A stretch of DNA of 62,565 nt, the filler included, from Choristocarpus tenellus KU-1152 (Eukaryota; Protista; Phaeophyceae), in assembly GCA_964200185.2 (NCBI GenBank). It is 8 parts of 8 records of this genome, joined end to end, with 100 filler letters (N's around TTAATTAATTAA, not from the genome) between each part and the next. Parts side by side here need not be neighbours in the genome. Positions count along the whole stretch, not along the records: positions 42,927 to 62,565 come from CAXNAD020000458.1; 7 more parts are not named here. One strand, written 5' to 3'. Each line of letters begins with the position of its first letter. Positions within the stretch are counted from its first letter, which is position 1. The position numbers and the translations under genes are program-made. This document shows positions 43,438 through 57,400 of the stretch, piece after piece. Below the pieces are notes generated by a model. It worked only from the letters and a program-made list of their open reading frames with translations. It searched no databases and was not told the DNA's origin.

Positions 43438-45026
43438 CTTCCTCCGTTTGGAAGTAAATGTACCATAACATTTGCAGCCCCGATGAAGAAGCAATATTTT
43501 TTTCACATTTTCATATTTTACGGGTGTATTTCCCTGACACTAAAAAGGTTGACCACCAAAACCTCAACCAAAATGGGGCAGCCTACACCTATCCATGATT
43601 TCACCCCCAAAGCCCTCCAAAACTCTATTCCAGCGCAATATTTCGCCACATCCAACCAAGCATTCATTCAGGGGAACATTGCCCACCTTCTCAGCCTTTC
43701 CTTGTTAAGAAGGGGGAATTTCGAAGATGTCACCCTTGGACCCCAGCACTTCACCAAGACTGTGAAGATGCTCTGCCAGATGTGCTCTAGTGTCTCCTGG
43801 GGGTACACTTTGAACACCTGTTGTGACCTCCACCAACCTCGCTTGTGTTGGTCACCGCCACATCTTCAGTTGATGGATGGAATGAAAGAATCGCAGGTTG
43901 TTGATGTGGAGGTCAGGTGAGTTGGCTGACTGGGTCTCTATGACAATGTCGTCCCCAGCTGTCTCCTCGATCACCCCCACGGTCCCCTCCTTGGTGTGTG
44001 GCTTTGCCCTGTCCTCCTGGACAAAGATGTTGTATATTTCCGACCTAGGCATGTGGGCCTTGATTACCGGGATGACATGCTTGATCATGAGCTTCTTATA
44101 ACTCTTCCCGTCCACCACAACTAGCTTGCACCGTTTGGGCGGTTTGCTGCAGTGCTGAGCAACCTTAGTGTCCATGATTGGCCAGATCCCAATTTCCCAT
44201 TGAACCACACCCGTTGGAGAGCTAGGGCAGGCCACAGCTGCAGGGAACATCATATTCATAATATTATTAATATTCTGTGCCGATGGGAGTTTAGGGAGGT
44301 CGACAGTGGGGTGTAGGTATACACCTTGACCACCTTTGAGGATGTGAAACCACTTCTCATCCACATGCACCAAGTCATATATATCATCCACTAACACCCC
44401 ACCTCCCTCCCTCCTATGCGTGTGGCTGATAACGAAACCCACCCTGTTGACTTTGTGCTGGTCCGAGAGGACTAGCTTAATTCACCATTTCTCCCCTTGC
44501 AACACCGTACAAGATCCATGCATTCACCCCATGCAATCTGGCTGCCATACTCCTTCAGATGACAGTATACAGTGATTTGGGAAAATTCGAACTCCTCTGT
44601 GATGGCACCACCATCCCCCGAGGCATTCAAGTCTCACAACCTCTTGCCTCCAGGCATTGCACCACCATGTTGCTTGTCAGGTTGTTTGAGTCCTGACCCC
44701 AGACAGACTTCTTATCAGAAGAATTGGGATCGACGGGCGACAGCAGGATGAGCAAACCGCTCAAACGATGAGGACCCTTCATCCTAGGCATCCTATAAAC
44801 AACCACTTTGACAGTTTCACAAGGTTTTTGAACCCCATCAAGTGCAACTTGGTTGACTTTGCACTGGTGATTCTCTACAGTCATGACAGGCCACCATCTC
44901 AAACTTCGCACGCCTCCCAATCTACGTCAGAACTAAACCTCATCCAGAGGATTTATCGTGTGGGTCGCTTCCAGGCAAGAACAGAGCTTGCAAAAGTAAT
45001 GTTATTTCTAATTCCAAAGGAAGCAT
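43438..45026 (-). mobile_element. Near full-length decayed Tc1/mariner element (plant-mariner-like transposase)
   Basis: TIR TA|CTTCCTCCGTTTGGAAGT at 43438, with a degenerate partner ending about 45026 followed by TA. ORF 44442-43852 contains YDLVHVDEKWF, VQEDRAKPHT and QSANSPDLHINNL. Confidence 0.88.
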
Positions 45027-45247
45027 TAATTAATGCTACATTCTTACTCGACATGAATTACTTAATTCTGCATCAACGAAGTCAATAAGAAATTGACCCA
45101 ATAATAGGTGAACAATCACACTGGTTCCATTTTGCTCCCAGAGCCCACCGACTCATGCTCACAAGGCTTCAAGAAATTTCAAAGGGGGGGTGATATGGAA
45201 AGGTGATATTGTTTGTTATCATACCATTGATTGCTGTGCCATATACT

Positions 45248-45506
45248 GAGCCAACGTATCTTAGAGAGTACATCCGTGTCTATTTGGGGATCAAAATCCA
45301 ATGGTGCAATTTGGATGTGATTTTGGCTATCGCATTTGTTAGGAAATGTCAATATCCATGTTGCGGACACACCTTTTCATAACATACATACTTTACCTAC
45401 TCCTAAACATTTTGGAATAAGAAAATGTCATAAAAGAACCCGTGGGAAGTCAAGTCCCAAATGGACAAACAGGGCAAAACTCGTACCCTCTAAGATACTT
45501 TCACTA
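45248..45506. mobile_element. MITE family A, copy 3
   Basis: GAGCCAACGTATCTTAGAGAG ... CCCTCTAAGATACTTTCACTA, flanked by ACT/ACT. Confidence 0.85.
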
Positions 45507-46421
45507 ACTATCATACCTTTTGATGTCCCATTACAAGAATCTCAGTTCCACGGAGGAGGATTTTCAGAACAGGTTTCTGTGACATATCTTCAAGAGCCCA
45601 TCTTCCGAATACAGGCTCTCCAATCACTGAGGGGCTCCTTGTTAGGAACCCATCTGAACTGTGGTCCTCTTCTCTCTACTTCCAACGTTAACCTTGCTCT
45701 CTCAGTTGCATTTCATCTTGGACTATCTCGTCTCTCTAGCCCAGTGATTCTCTTGACCGCTCTTGTCTGACGGAACTACAAAAGCACAAATCACACCATT
45801 CCAATTCGCTTGGCTTCCAACCCCTCGGGGATTGACTAAAAATAATGACCAGTTCATATCAATGATGAGAAGTCCCTAGCTGGCGTGGTCTACAAATCAG
45901 TTCTCTGGAGCAAATAGTACCCGTTCCTCTCCCCAAAGAGACGAAATGGCAAGATCTTTTTGTGATGTCCCTCTTCTTCAATATCTAAGCACACCACCAG
46001 ACAGAACCTCATCATGAATCTGTCTTGACTGCCTTCACAGCCTTACAAATAAGAAATACAACGAAAAAAATGCTGAGGATCATCAAGCAAACGGAAACTC
46101 CTCTTCAATTCTATTCTACTCTTCACACATGGGATGACCATAAATCTAATGCCTAAAAATATAACACATGCACACATCCACTGGAAGTATGACTCTGCAC
46201 AACAGCAACAAAGAGATCAAAATTTGATTTGCTAGCGATACAAGAAAGGTAGTGCCATGATCACAGCAAAAGCTATCATCCAATCAGCCAGAGTTGGGAC
46301 GTGACAGGTCATCAAGTACTTCAACAACCTTATGGGGATGGTGCAATGGGAGAATGGGGGGGGGTAAGAAAAAATCAAAATATAGAAGAATTTTCAAAAA
46401 ATACCCCTACAATGGACACAC

Positions 46422-49400
46422 CTTAGACGGGATTCATTAACGTAGTCAGACCCTCCCAGCCCGCACAGGTATACTTCACCAGTAGGTCGGGGGTACACCT
46501 GTGACAAAAAGTTCCACAAAGGTAGGCACAATCTGCAAGGTTGGGAATATAGTTGTGCACTATAGAGCATAAAACTGTCAAACATGTATTCATTTCAATT
46601 TTGAAGCACTCAAGCACGTAGGAATGCCGAAAAATAGCATTAGAACACGTCCTTCATTGCATGGGAGTGTCTTGTTTGTGTTGATTGCTTGCTGCCTTAT
46701 TCTTGCCTAACTTTTCATTTTTCTTCTAAAATTCTAAAGGCTGGGCCTTGAAAGATTCATCTTGAGACATGAGTGAGTACTTCTGCATTTGAAGCTCTAC
46801 ATCACACATTCAGCCCCAACCCTGCAGCACTATTCTCATTTCGGTAGAACAGGACCAAATCCCTAAGCCCGAGCTAGCAGGGGTCCATAGCATCCTAGAA
46901 GAGGGGGTCTTTAGGCCAGGTTGTCCATTCAGAGCTTGATGGGGTGTTCTGATACACCCCAGTTAGATGCCCGCTTTCCCGGTCATTTTCGTTTAGATTT
47001 GGTCCAGGGAGGGGGGTGGAAATGGAAGGTGTGTTCAGATGAAGGAGAGTCCCCATACATCTGACACGTTGACTAAATTGGCGTGAAAATAACTACAAGG
47101 TCACACAGCCCCCAAATGGACGCTTGATCATCCCCTCTAGGATACTATGAATCATGGTGTTCCAACAGAAACTTTGGTGAAGAATATTTGTTCTGCTTTC
47201 ATGTGCGTCCTTTGGAGTGTCCGGAGAAATCAGAAACATGTTCCGAATTCAAGTGTGTGTTGTTGCACTTGACTGTTCAAAGCCCTGACCCTGAACTTCT
47301 GTTCTCTCACCAATTTTGAAGTAAATATTTCCGTAGTAGGGCTTTGAATAACTTGACTTGGTAGTCAAAGGAAGCAAAACTCTTCCAATTTCATCATCCT
47401 TCCAATTTCTCCACACACAGCAAGGACCAGCACTTATATAGAAATAGGCAGCCTGCCAGGTTACCATCTTATCCATCCTATACCACCAACTTGGAAATAA
47501 GCACTCTGCGGAACAGCATGGCGCTGTGCAGTTAGACTTGAACAGTACAAGCAATTCAATTCCACATATAACATCAACTTTTTTCTCGGCAACATAACCT
47601 TCCACCAACAAAACCAAAACCTTTTTAAAAGCATTGTTAAGGACACACATCAAAGTGGAACACAAAAGGTTCTCCACAAATACCCTACTAAAATACATCA
47701 CCATCCCAGAGTCTTAATCATAATTCTCACTTCAGTTTCCACAGTAACTAGGGAGCTCAGTTAAGAAGGACTCAAACAAAGAGAGGAAATTAGAATGAAT
47801 CCATACACAGAGCAGGTTAGATACATTTTTTTTCTCTCTAGTTCACGGGCATGAAATCCATTTCAACAAATTCATCCCCAACGAAACTGGGCCTCCCTGG
47901 GTATTTTACAAGATACCTAGATAACTCAGGTCTCCTGTTACAGAATAATGGTTAATGGGGAGTTACCTAGGTAACTCAGGACTCAATATTCAAAAAAATG
48001 GATAACGGGTTAATTCCATCAATCAAAAAAGAACATCCCCAGTCCACCCGCGTAACTCTACACCAAATCATTTTTCACGGACAAAAATCAGCAGCCTATC
48101 TCTTAGACCTTGAGATGCATGTGCAACCAAGCATAATAATAACACAAACAGATTTGATAAGACTTTCAGGTTCCAATTACAAACATCATTAAAAAAAATC
48201 CAGAGTTCTATGTACTTCTCACGACTACATACTTCCTCTGTTCAGCATCAGTTCTAAGAGTTTGCAAGGCGGTCAAAAACATAAAAACAGGAAGAAATTT
48301 CGTGTGACTGTGCAGTGGGTGGCAAAGAAAGGTGGACTAAGTCAGATTTCACTGAGATTTTAGGATAACCTCATATGGGCTGTTGCAAGACATGCACGAA
48401 GTAGAACAAAGATCTGATACCATCTTGTTTTAGAACCTGTACCACAAATCATTTGAACTGATAGTGAACAGATGAAGTATCTGAACTTACCATAGAGAAC
48501 TTCTGTATCAATTCCCACAAAAATAACTTTCTAAAAACCCACCAGGTGTACTTAAGGTCAATTGTTACAAATTGCATTCCTGCATCAAGCAGGAGTAATA
48601 AAGAGTCCCAAGAACTCTACAGTTACAAGAAAATAAAATCGTTGGGATAGAAAATAAAATCGTTGGGATAGAAAATAAAAAATAAAAACAGTTTTATCAC
48701 ACAGAATAATATTTTGAGAGCAACATTTCAATAATATCATGAGTCAGAAACAGTTTTTATTAAACAGAATGGTACTTAAGGACTCTTAGAAAAACGAAAA
48801 AAGTACCCAACATTTTACCTGTATTACTATTCTATTCTACTCTAAGGAATAATAATATTCTGTTTTACAGAGTATGATACAATTACAATAAAAGTAATAT
48901 TACACTATAAATGAAGTATGATACTTCTCTTTCCCACCTCTAGGTGACAGCCATTACTGTCCTCCCCACAGAATAGGGCATATGGATCATCCGCAACTGC
49001 CTGCGACCCCTTGTAGACAATACTGGTGCTCTTGATGCCCTGAATGAATCAATGACGGATGGGAAGGGGGTGTCATAGTGAACACATCGATGGAGCAGGA
49101 AGAAGTTAATGCTCCAGGTCGAAAATACTCCCATCTTGCAATTATGCTCTAATGCTGACAACTACATACAACCCAAATTAGCGCAAACCACTAACCCTGT
49201 GGACAAATTGGAGAATGCTACCAATTGGTTTTGGTGTCAGGTGGTTGGTGTAGCAGAGTAAGTGACGGCACAGGCTGAACAAATCATACCACCAATGGTA
49301 TCTTCATAGTTACACCATAATGATGACTAAACCCTCACCCAATCAACGCTCCTACCATACAGACCTTGAGCTGTTTTGCAAAATAAAAATGAAATTAGTT

Positions 49401-52400
49401 TTAAAACAGGAAAAGCAACAAAACGGTGAAAAAAAATAGGAATAGAAAATATATAGAAAGAGCAGAGTGATGGACACTATTCTATTGATATGTAAGACAT
49501 CGTAATTTGAAAGGTGTGAGATACGTTGTGCTTCTTCTTGTGTACCATGGCTAACCTCAGAGCAAATAAATTCAACCTTGAATATTCATTGTATCAAAGA
49601 GTAATATATATAGAGAGAGAGATGTTTGAAGATGGTGGAAAGGCGAAGGGTTAGAGACAGCACACCAAAGAAGTAGAAGGGAAAGAGGTAGAACCAAAGC
49701 ATGCCAAAATCACCAATACATCTTTTTCTTCGACAAGTCCAAGCTTTAATGGTATTTTCTGCCTGAAGGGAATGGTGTTTTTCTGAAACATTAATCAATA
49801 TATGATAGTATTATATACTCCAAATATATATAATTATCAAGATGACTATTAGTTTTGTGATTATTCAACCGCTAAAATTCCATTTAATCACACTAAATCA
49901 AAACCGAAAATCAAGGGATCAGTTTTTCAACCCTCTTTGATCGAAAGGAGGTTTCTAAAATTTTTTGAGTAGACAACACATGAGTGCGACTGCATACTCT
50001 GAAGAAAACAGAGGGGGTGGGTAGGTACCTAGACCATGAGCAAGATATCAACCCATCTGTTGAATATAACCTCTCATTTGCCAAGAATAATGGCGCAGAA
50101 AGCAAAGAGTCAGATAAAGACAAAGACATTAAGGTGATCTTGGTTGACCTGACAACTGAGTAGGAGGAAGTTGAGGGTATAAACGAGTGGGAAACAATGA
50201 AACCCATCTGGTAATTCCCTACCGTTTTTCAATAGGGAGAATGCCCGCAACAGCTGTACGCTCAAACCTCTGTGACAATGGCAACTTTAGAAAGTCAAGA
50301 CCAAGTTGGAAGATGTAAAGTCGCCAACGGAAGAAATTGCCTTCAGATTTCCATGGCTGAGCACAGGGTAATGTTTATTAATTGGTTTGGTACAGGAACA
50401 AGGACAGCGAATTCGCATCGGGTGGTCAGCAGCATTAAGAATCGTTTTCCACTGCTTCAACACAATTGACAAATCACCCACTTTCAGTAAAATGGCCCTA
50501 TATCCGAGCCTTTCACGTCTTGATGTGCCTATTCTCTTTTCATTGTTATGACCCTTGTGCGTTGCACATGTTACTGTTCATCATCTACAAGTGGCATTCG
50601 TCATGGCGGGTAGCTAGCATGGCTCATATCCAAGACATGGCCTGCCTGGACATCTTCAAACAGTTGATGTACATTAACCACCCCAGTTTGAACACATTGG
50701 CACGAAGTTGACCAGTTAACCAGCCATGTTAAACCTGTTGCAGCCATTGACTGGTCCTGCTGGAACATAATGGTATTAGACGAACCCATGCTCCAGTAAT
50801 CGAAAATACTTCATAGTAATGGGAAAAATAATCACTCTAACCCAATTGGGCCTATCAAGATGTGTTGGGCCAACCTAGTCACACATTTTCATCACAGGTG
50901 CATTGTGTTGCCTGTGGTAATAAGGATACATGGAGGGTGGTCCTCCAGATTTCTCCATCCTCCCCACCATCGCAACCATGTCACAGCAATTATGTAAGAC
51001 CAGTTGAATCACATTCAGCAAGTGACCTCATAAAATTAAAATCTTCCCCTGACCATATATGCACATCCTTGTTACTCCCAACCCTGAGAGAAGATGTGCA
51101 AAGAGCATTGGTCAATGCGTTCACCCTTAGCATGCAGTAAGTATGTTTGCCTGTAAACTAATATCACTGAGACAAGAAGTGATCAGCAACCTAGTCTGTT
51201 GACAATAACCTTACTGGTCACATCACATCTCCACCCCTAGAACGTTTAATGTATGAGTTCATGAGAGGTTCCCATACAATGAGCGGGGAGAGTTCAGCTA
51301 GTACAGTTAGGATGGAGTAACACATAGCCAGGGAAAATATAGAAGGGGTGATACGTGTGGAGGTTAAGACCTTCAAGTCTGAAACAGGGTTCACAATGGA
51401 GCTAACAACCCACTCAAGAGGTGGCAAGAATGAACCTGAAGCTTCCCTCACATTGCCAAATGTGACCACATACATGTACTGCACATATTCTCGTCATGTG
51501 CAACACCTGACTGAAGATGGATACATCATAGGCTGCCAAGAATAGAAAAAAAGCAGCTACAACTTGGAAATTACAGTAGTAGTAGATAGTAGATACAGCA
51601 GTATTGTGTAGCAGCATGTGTACAAATAGTTCAAGAGAGTTGAAGCATATACTGCGCAGAATATAATCAGTACTTACATCAAGCCCCTCCTGACAATTCT
51701 TCTGATGTCTTTATTTGAAACATAGATACATGCAAAAGTCTCTCAGACATTAATCACATCATAGTGAACCTGTTATTGATAGTGAAAGCACATAACGCAA
51801 AAAAGAGTACCTAAACAAAAATTCCCCTCCAGCAAGACCTCTCACTAGCTGGTGGGGCCTTAACAACTCATGCCTTTGGCATATAACTTCACCATAACGA
51901 AGTAATGTATATTAAAATATGTCTAGCTAATAAATAACTACCACTCATAAATGCTTTCCATACACAACCCTGCTTATTACAAAAAGAACAGAAAGTATGC
52001 CCTGAATCATTTTAAACGTCGGTATATTTTTCAACCAGAAGGTACACCCGGAAGAAAAAAAAAATTGAAACCGTTCTCATACAATTATTCCATAGAAAAC
52101 TAAACCTGGACTTCATCTTTCAATGCCTTAGAGCCGGAGATAAGTAACCTTTGACATATCTGAAGATCGCACATCCACCAAAGTCAAGGGATGGAATGAA
52201 CCTCCAGTAAATCTTAATACTCTATTGTTTTTCGACTTCTATGCCATACAAAAAAACCTTGAATCTTAATTCAATGAGAGTGGCGGGGGGGGTGGGATGG
52301 CTCATGGAGAAAAGGAGCACACAAAAAGGACTATTAATATGTAAAAAAGTCAGAAGATATAAGCCAATAAAATTTGTTTCACAGCAGAATGGGGCCATCT

Positions 52401-54450
52401 CATTGGTCAAAAATCAATCTCCATACTTTCCTCCTGTATGAAGAGTGTCATCCTGTCCTATATATTTTCAACCCCCTATGCATTAATTATGACCCAGGTA
52501 GGTGCCAACACAAAAAACTCTAGTCTGTTAATATCCTGTACAAAGGGATCATATACAACAATATACTCTTACAACATTGATCTACTGTACTTCATCAAGT
52601 TTCATAACATCAAAACTAAATCACAGAAGGTAACCCTGTCTACTCAACGGTAGCAGTTGAAAGTAACACTAACAAACAACCTTGACTCTTGAATACCGGG
52701 CAAAGAAATAACCCGCTCGTCATATACATGCATCAACACCACAACACTCTCACAAAGAATGGAATTGAACTTCAGGAGTAGGGTTAGGGAATAGTCTCAT
52801 GGTGTGTGTGTGGATGCATTAATGCTTGTTCCCTAAAATATTCAGAGGCAATACCCCGAAAGGGAGTGTGAGGGCAGGGGGAGGGGGGGATTCCTCGGAC
52901 AAGGACAAAACGATCAAGTTCGATAACTACTCTGAAGAGGGTTGCATTGCAAGAATACAAAATTGTTATCAATAGATCACTATTCAAATATAGCAACCAA
53001 ACAAAACACCTTGTACCTGCATGGGCACGGGGATACCAAACCACTCTTCAGCCAATACCGACCACGGCCCCATGCACACCACTACCTGTGAGGAAAAGAA
53101 ATAAATGAGGTTAGGTCAGATATCAAGAGACTCTGCAGATGTGAGTAGGACGTGAAGGGGGTGGGGGAGAGGGGGGGGATCTTGAAAGGAAGAGAAGGGG
53201 GTAAGGCTCTAGTGAAAGAACTGAGGTTGAGCAAACAGCAGAATAAAGGCAGGAAACGTATGAAAAAGAAAAAAGAAAAAAAATTCAGAACGCATGTGTA
53301 ATTATTATTATTGAAGAGTTAAACAAAATAAAAAAATGTATCTATGTACCTCATACAAGAAAAAAGGAAATATGTGTAGCTAGATTATTCAAACATATAC
53401 ATATAAGTCAGTGTTACGGGGAATATGTATTCAAGTCTATCATGATAGCTACTACGGTACATTCCTGACATGAGACATATTATTTGTCTAGAGTTCTCAG
53501 ACCAAAGGCAAGGGCCTGGCGCAAATAATCACACACTGTACGCAACCATTTTAAAACAGAAAAATGTCGTTAACTTATTTTTTGTTTTGTAAAGCTCCAG
53601 AGAACAAAATGTTGTTCTTGCGTTGTTGCAGTTAATGCTATTGCTGTACCATTTTGATATACCGGGGTAACAGCCAAGAAAATGTACAATAATAGTGGCA
53701 TATATTGGATTGGATCGTTACATGACACCATAGAGCTCTACAATTGAACTACAATTTCAAAAAACATACATATTGCAAAGGTAGTGTAAAAGAACACAGA
53801 CAGATGCATAGAACAATGAAAATAGACTTTCAAGCACAATGATCTCTATAAAAAACAAGACAATAACAAATCTACAACATTGAAAATTTCAAGTCTACAG
53901 AAATATATGGATAGACCATGACTGTAGCAAAAATAGCACCCTGTTGCTAGAACATTAGTAAAAAAAATAGAGAACTTGAAAATTAAAAATGCAGTACAGA
54001 TGCACAATTACTAAACAGCACAGCATGATATTTTCCAAGAACACAAAAATATAGAATGAACATACATTTATATTTCTTAAACACCCATTCACAATAAAAT
54101 GCATACACACAAGGACAAGCACAAAGATTCACCACAAGCAAATGAACAACAACACAGAATACAACTTAGAGAAGAAAAAAAACCTTGCTCTCCTCCTCAC
54201 CCTCTCGCATTCAATCTCCTCGCCTCCATCCAGCACCACCCCTGCCATCCTCCTCCCATCACCACCACCTTCAGAGGTGGTTTGCACACCCTCCACAGAA
54301 GCTATCCGTAAAGTGGCCCCCTTCTCCTGAGCAGCCTCCATCAGCTTTGTCGTGAGTTCCAAGGGTGTAACCTGTTGCATTGTAGTATCCCATAGAGAGC
54401 GATGCAATATGAAGTCGGGTGTGCTCACTCAGCCAGTTTTTTGTTGCTAA

Positions 54451-54483
<33 letters not shown>

Positions 54484-57400
54484 AATTACTCTTACTATTT
54501 GCATTAGACTGAGCAAACAGTGATCAAAGGAAAGCAACATACGATGCTTGAGAGATATTTTTTTTAATATTATAGAAGAAAAAGAAAGGAAAGTGAAAAG
54601 ACTGGAAAAAAGAAAAAATATTATTTGTACATGGTGCAGAGAAGGGGGTGGAAGAAGTTTGCATCAAGTTGTTGGGCTAGGATGTTACTGTTGTTGTGAC
54701 CGGATGACATTTCTTTCCTACCCCCCACATAAACCTCAGCAGGTTGAAGCAATGTATTCTGTGCTACTAATAAAAAGATGAGCAATTGTTACCTTGATTT
54801 TTCTATCCCTACTGCAAAATAAATGAGATCCTGAAAAAGATTAAAGAGAAATAATGCAAAAACTAAGTGATGCTTCCACATAATTGCATTCATAAGAAAC
54901 AGATGCATTGGGGTAGCACGATATACTTACAAAACAAAGAAAAATGCACCATCAATCAGCATACCCTGTATTATTGTTGCAACTAAATATTATATATTTT
55001 TTAAATAAGAAAAATGTATGTATTTATGCGTGTTTATGAATGCATGAAACATCTCGTTGAAACTAATATAAATGAAGTATAGGTATTTTCATAATTATAC
55101 ATAATGTTAACACCTTGTACTATGATTTAAAGCTATAGCTTCCTGTCTAAAAAAATGGTTTAATCGTGAAAGGTTTAGAGATTCTGCATTATCAACCTCT
55201 TTAAATTGCTTGATAATTAAATTAAAATAATAAAAGAGGTAAGACATTTTGTTTTTTTCCATTTATTAGAGGGGTGCCTTGGGCAGTTTCCAAAAATCCA
55301 AGACCAGCAATATAGATCAACCAATAAGAAGGCTACTTCTACTCTAAAAACCCTTCAGATTACCTATATTTCATAATCTATGATTGAGATCAAATTTTCC
55401 CTATTCAGGTCACATCATAATGACTCCATTACAAACAAGTGAAAAAAAAAGTATCTCCCAGCTTGCCACTGTGCAATTCAGGACGCAACAACATGCTGCC
55501 TACACAGACTTTGTTTATGAGAGTATTTACTCACACTTACAAAAAACACTGTGCAAAAAAAAATCCTTCCATCTCACCCAAGGAAGGCCATTCTTGCATG
55601 ATTCTATAAAATACAGTCTTGTTTGAGATATCTACAATCAATATTGTTCGGTTTGACAGGGGAAAGCAAGCACTGGTTTGTATGATTGTACCTTCTCTTG
55701 GAATGAATGAGGTATTAGTAGTATTAGGGTACACTAATCCTATCCATCACCAACCGTTTCACTGGATGTTATGCTAAGAAAAAAATCAGTTCACTCTTTT
55801 TACTATTGCACCATTTATGAATGTGCAGTGTTGATAAAGATATTAATATGCAGAACGTGTGTAGTGTTGATTAAAATAGAAATAGAAATAGTTGTAGCAA
55901 ATGATATATTGATACCCTGCTTCACTCACCTCCAATAGGAGAGACATACATTCAGTTCGGTACTCCACACATACTTACTAAATACCATCTTCAAAGTAAA
56001 CCAAACCTCAAATGTAATCCACAGGTATGAAGTAATGAGGAAGATTTATTTACGCCATTTTTATTTAACAAACAATAATTATAATTATAATCAATGCTGG
56101 AGAAAACATATTTTCGAAAATATAAATAATTGAACAATACAAAAAAATCAACCCTACCCATACCAGGTATACCTCTCGTAGTCAATCAAAGGTTTGCGTT
56201 ATGCATGTACGCAAGCTGAGCTCCAGTAGTAGAAATAGTGGTTAGGTCATTAGCACTGTTATCAATAATAGTAAGAACAACAACAATATAACTTACTCTT
56301 AACGTTTTACTGGAAAAATCAAGAAGCATGACCTACAGTATGTACCACTTTCTTTTCCTCCAAGACCCTCAAATCTCTATTATGTCCGTGGACAGTGCTG
56401 CTGATACACTATAGACACTACCAGTATAGTAGATAGTAGGATGGAGAGCCAGTCATGGACACACCAATGTATTGCTGGGTTGTCAGAACATTCCGGTTTA
56501 TACTTTATATATGATATCATACAAGATATATCAACTGAATGATGTCCAGTGATCAGTGTTCTGTTCTAGACATGCTGAAGAGAAGCAAGTGATTCATAGG
56601 TAGTGTGGAAATTGCAAACCCCATACTAAGGAATAGTTATGGCAATACCAGTTGTGAGCCTTGCAAGTTCATTGGAAGGATTTGAGACTACAACCCCTTT
56701 GTAACACTAACATTGCATATTCAAACCAAGCCTGGTTTTGTCCTCTGCCAAAACACATCATAGATCATCTTAACTGCGGGTCCAGGGTGAAATACTCCAA
56801 CATATGGTACACATAAGCAGAAAAGAGGGTAAAGGTGCTTTAGGGTGAGGGAAATTATTTACTTTTTCCACTAAGGTGAGGCAGCATGCAGTTCTGGAGG
56901 TGACAAAACCTGGAGCACTATGGCAAAGACAAATTAATAGCATGTGTATTGCCGGTTTCCACACAAACAAATAGAACACTTTCCAGTCTATATGAAACCC
57001 TTCAACAGGCAAGCAAAGGTGGTTTACCTGAAAGAAGAAAATGTTTTATGTTGATAACCCTATCCCTAATCCTAACCCTAACCATTCCCAACAATCCATA
57101 CAGAATAAACAATAAACACACAAGTAAGGTGCTGAAATACAAAAGGCAAGGGCTTCTCTAACCTATGTAGTCCATTTTCTTGGTTATTAGCAAAAAATTA
57201 ACAGTTTCTAACTCTTAGAAAAAAAAAGGAGTGAGATTATTTCTCTTCTCTCTGAACTGTGACTCCTGTTATATTAGTAAACTACTTCAAACTACTGAAC
57301 ATACCTGTGCTGTGTCTGGGTCCATCATCGTTCCCATGGCCTGTCCGTCAAGCCAGGCAGCAGGAGACGACCCTCTCCTCACACCGCCCCTCACCTGCCC

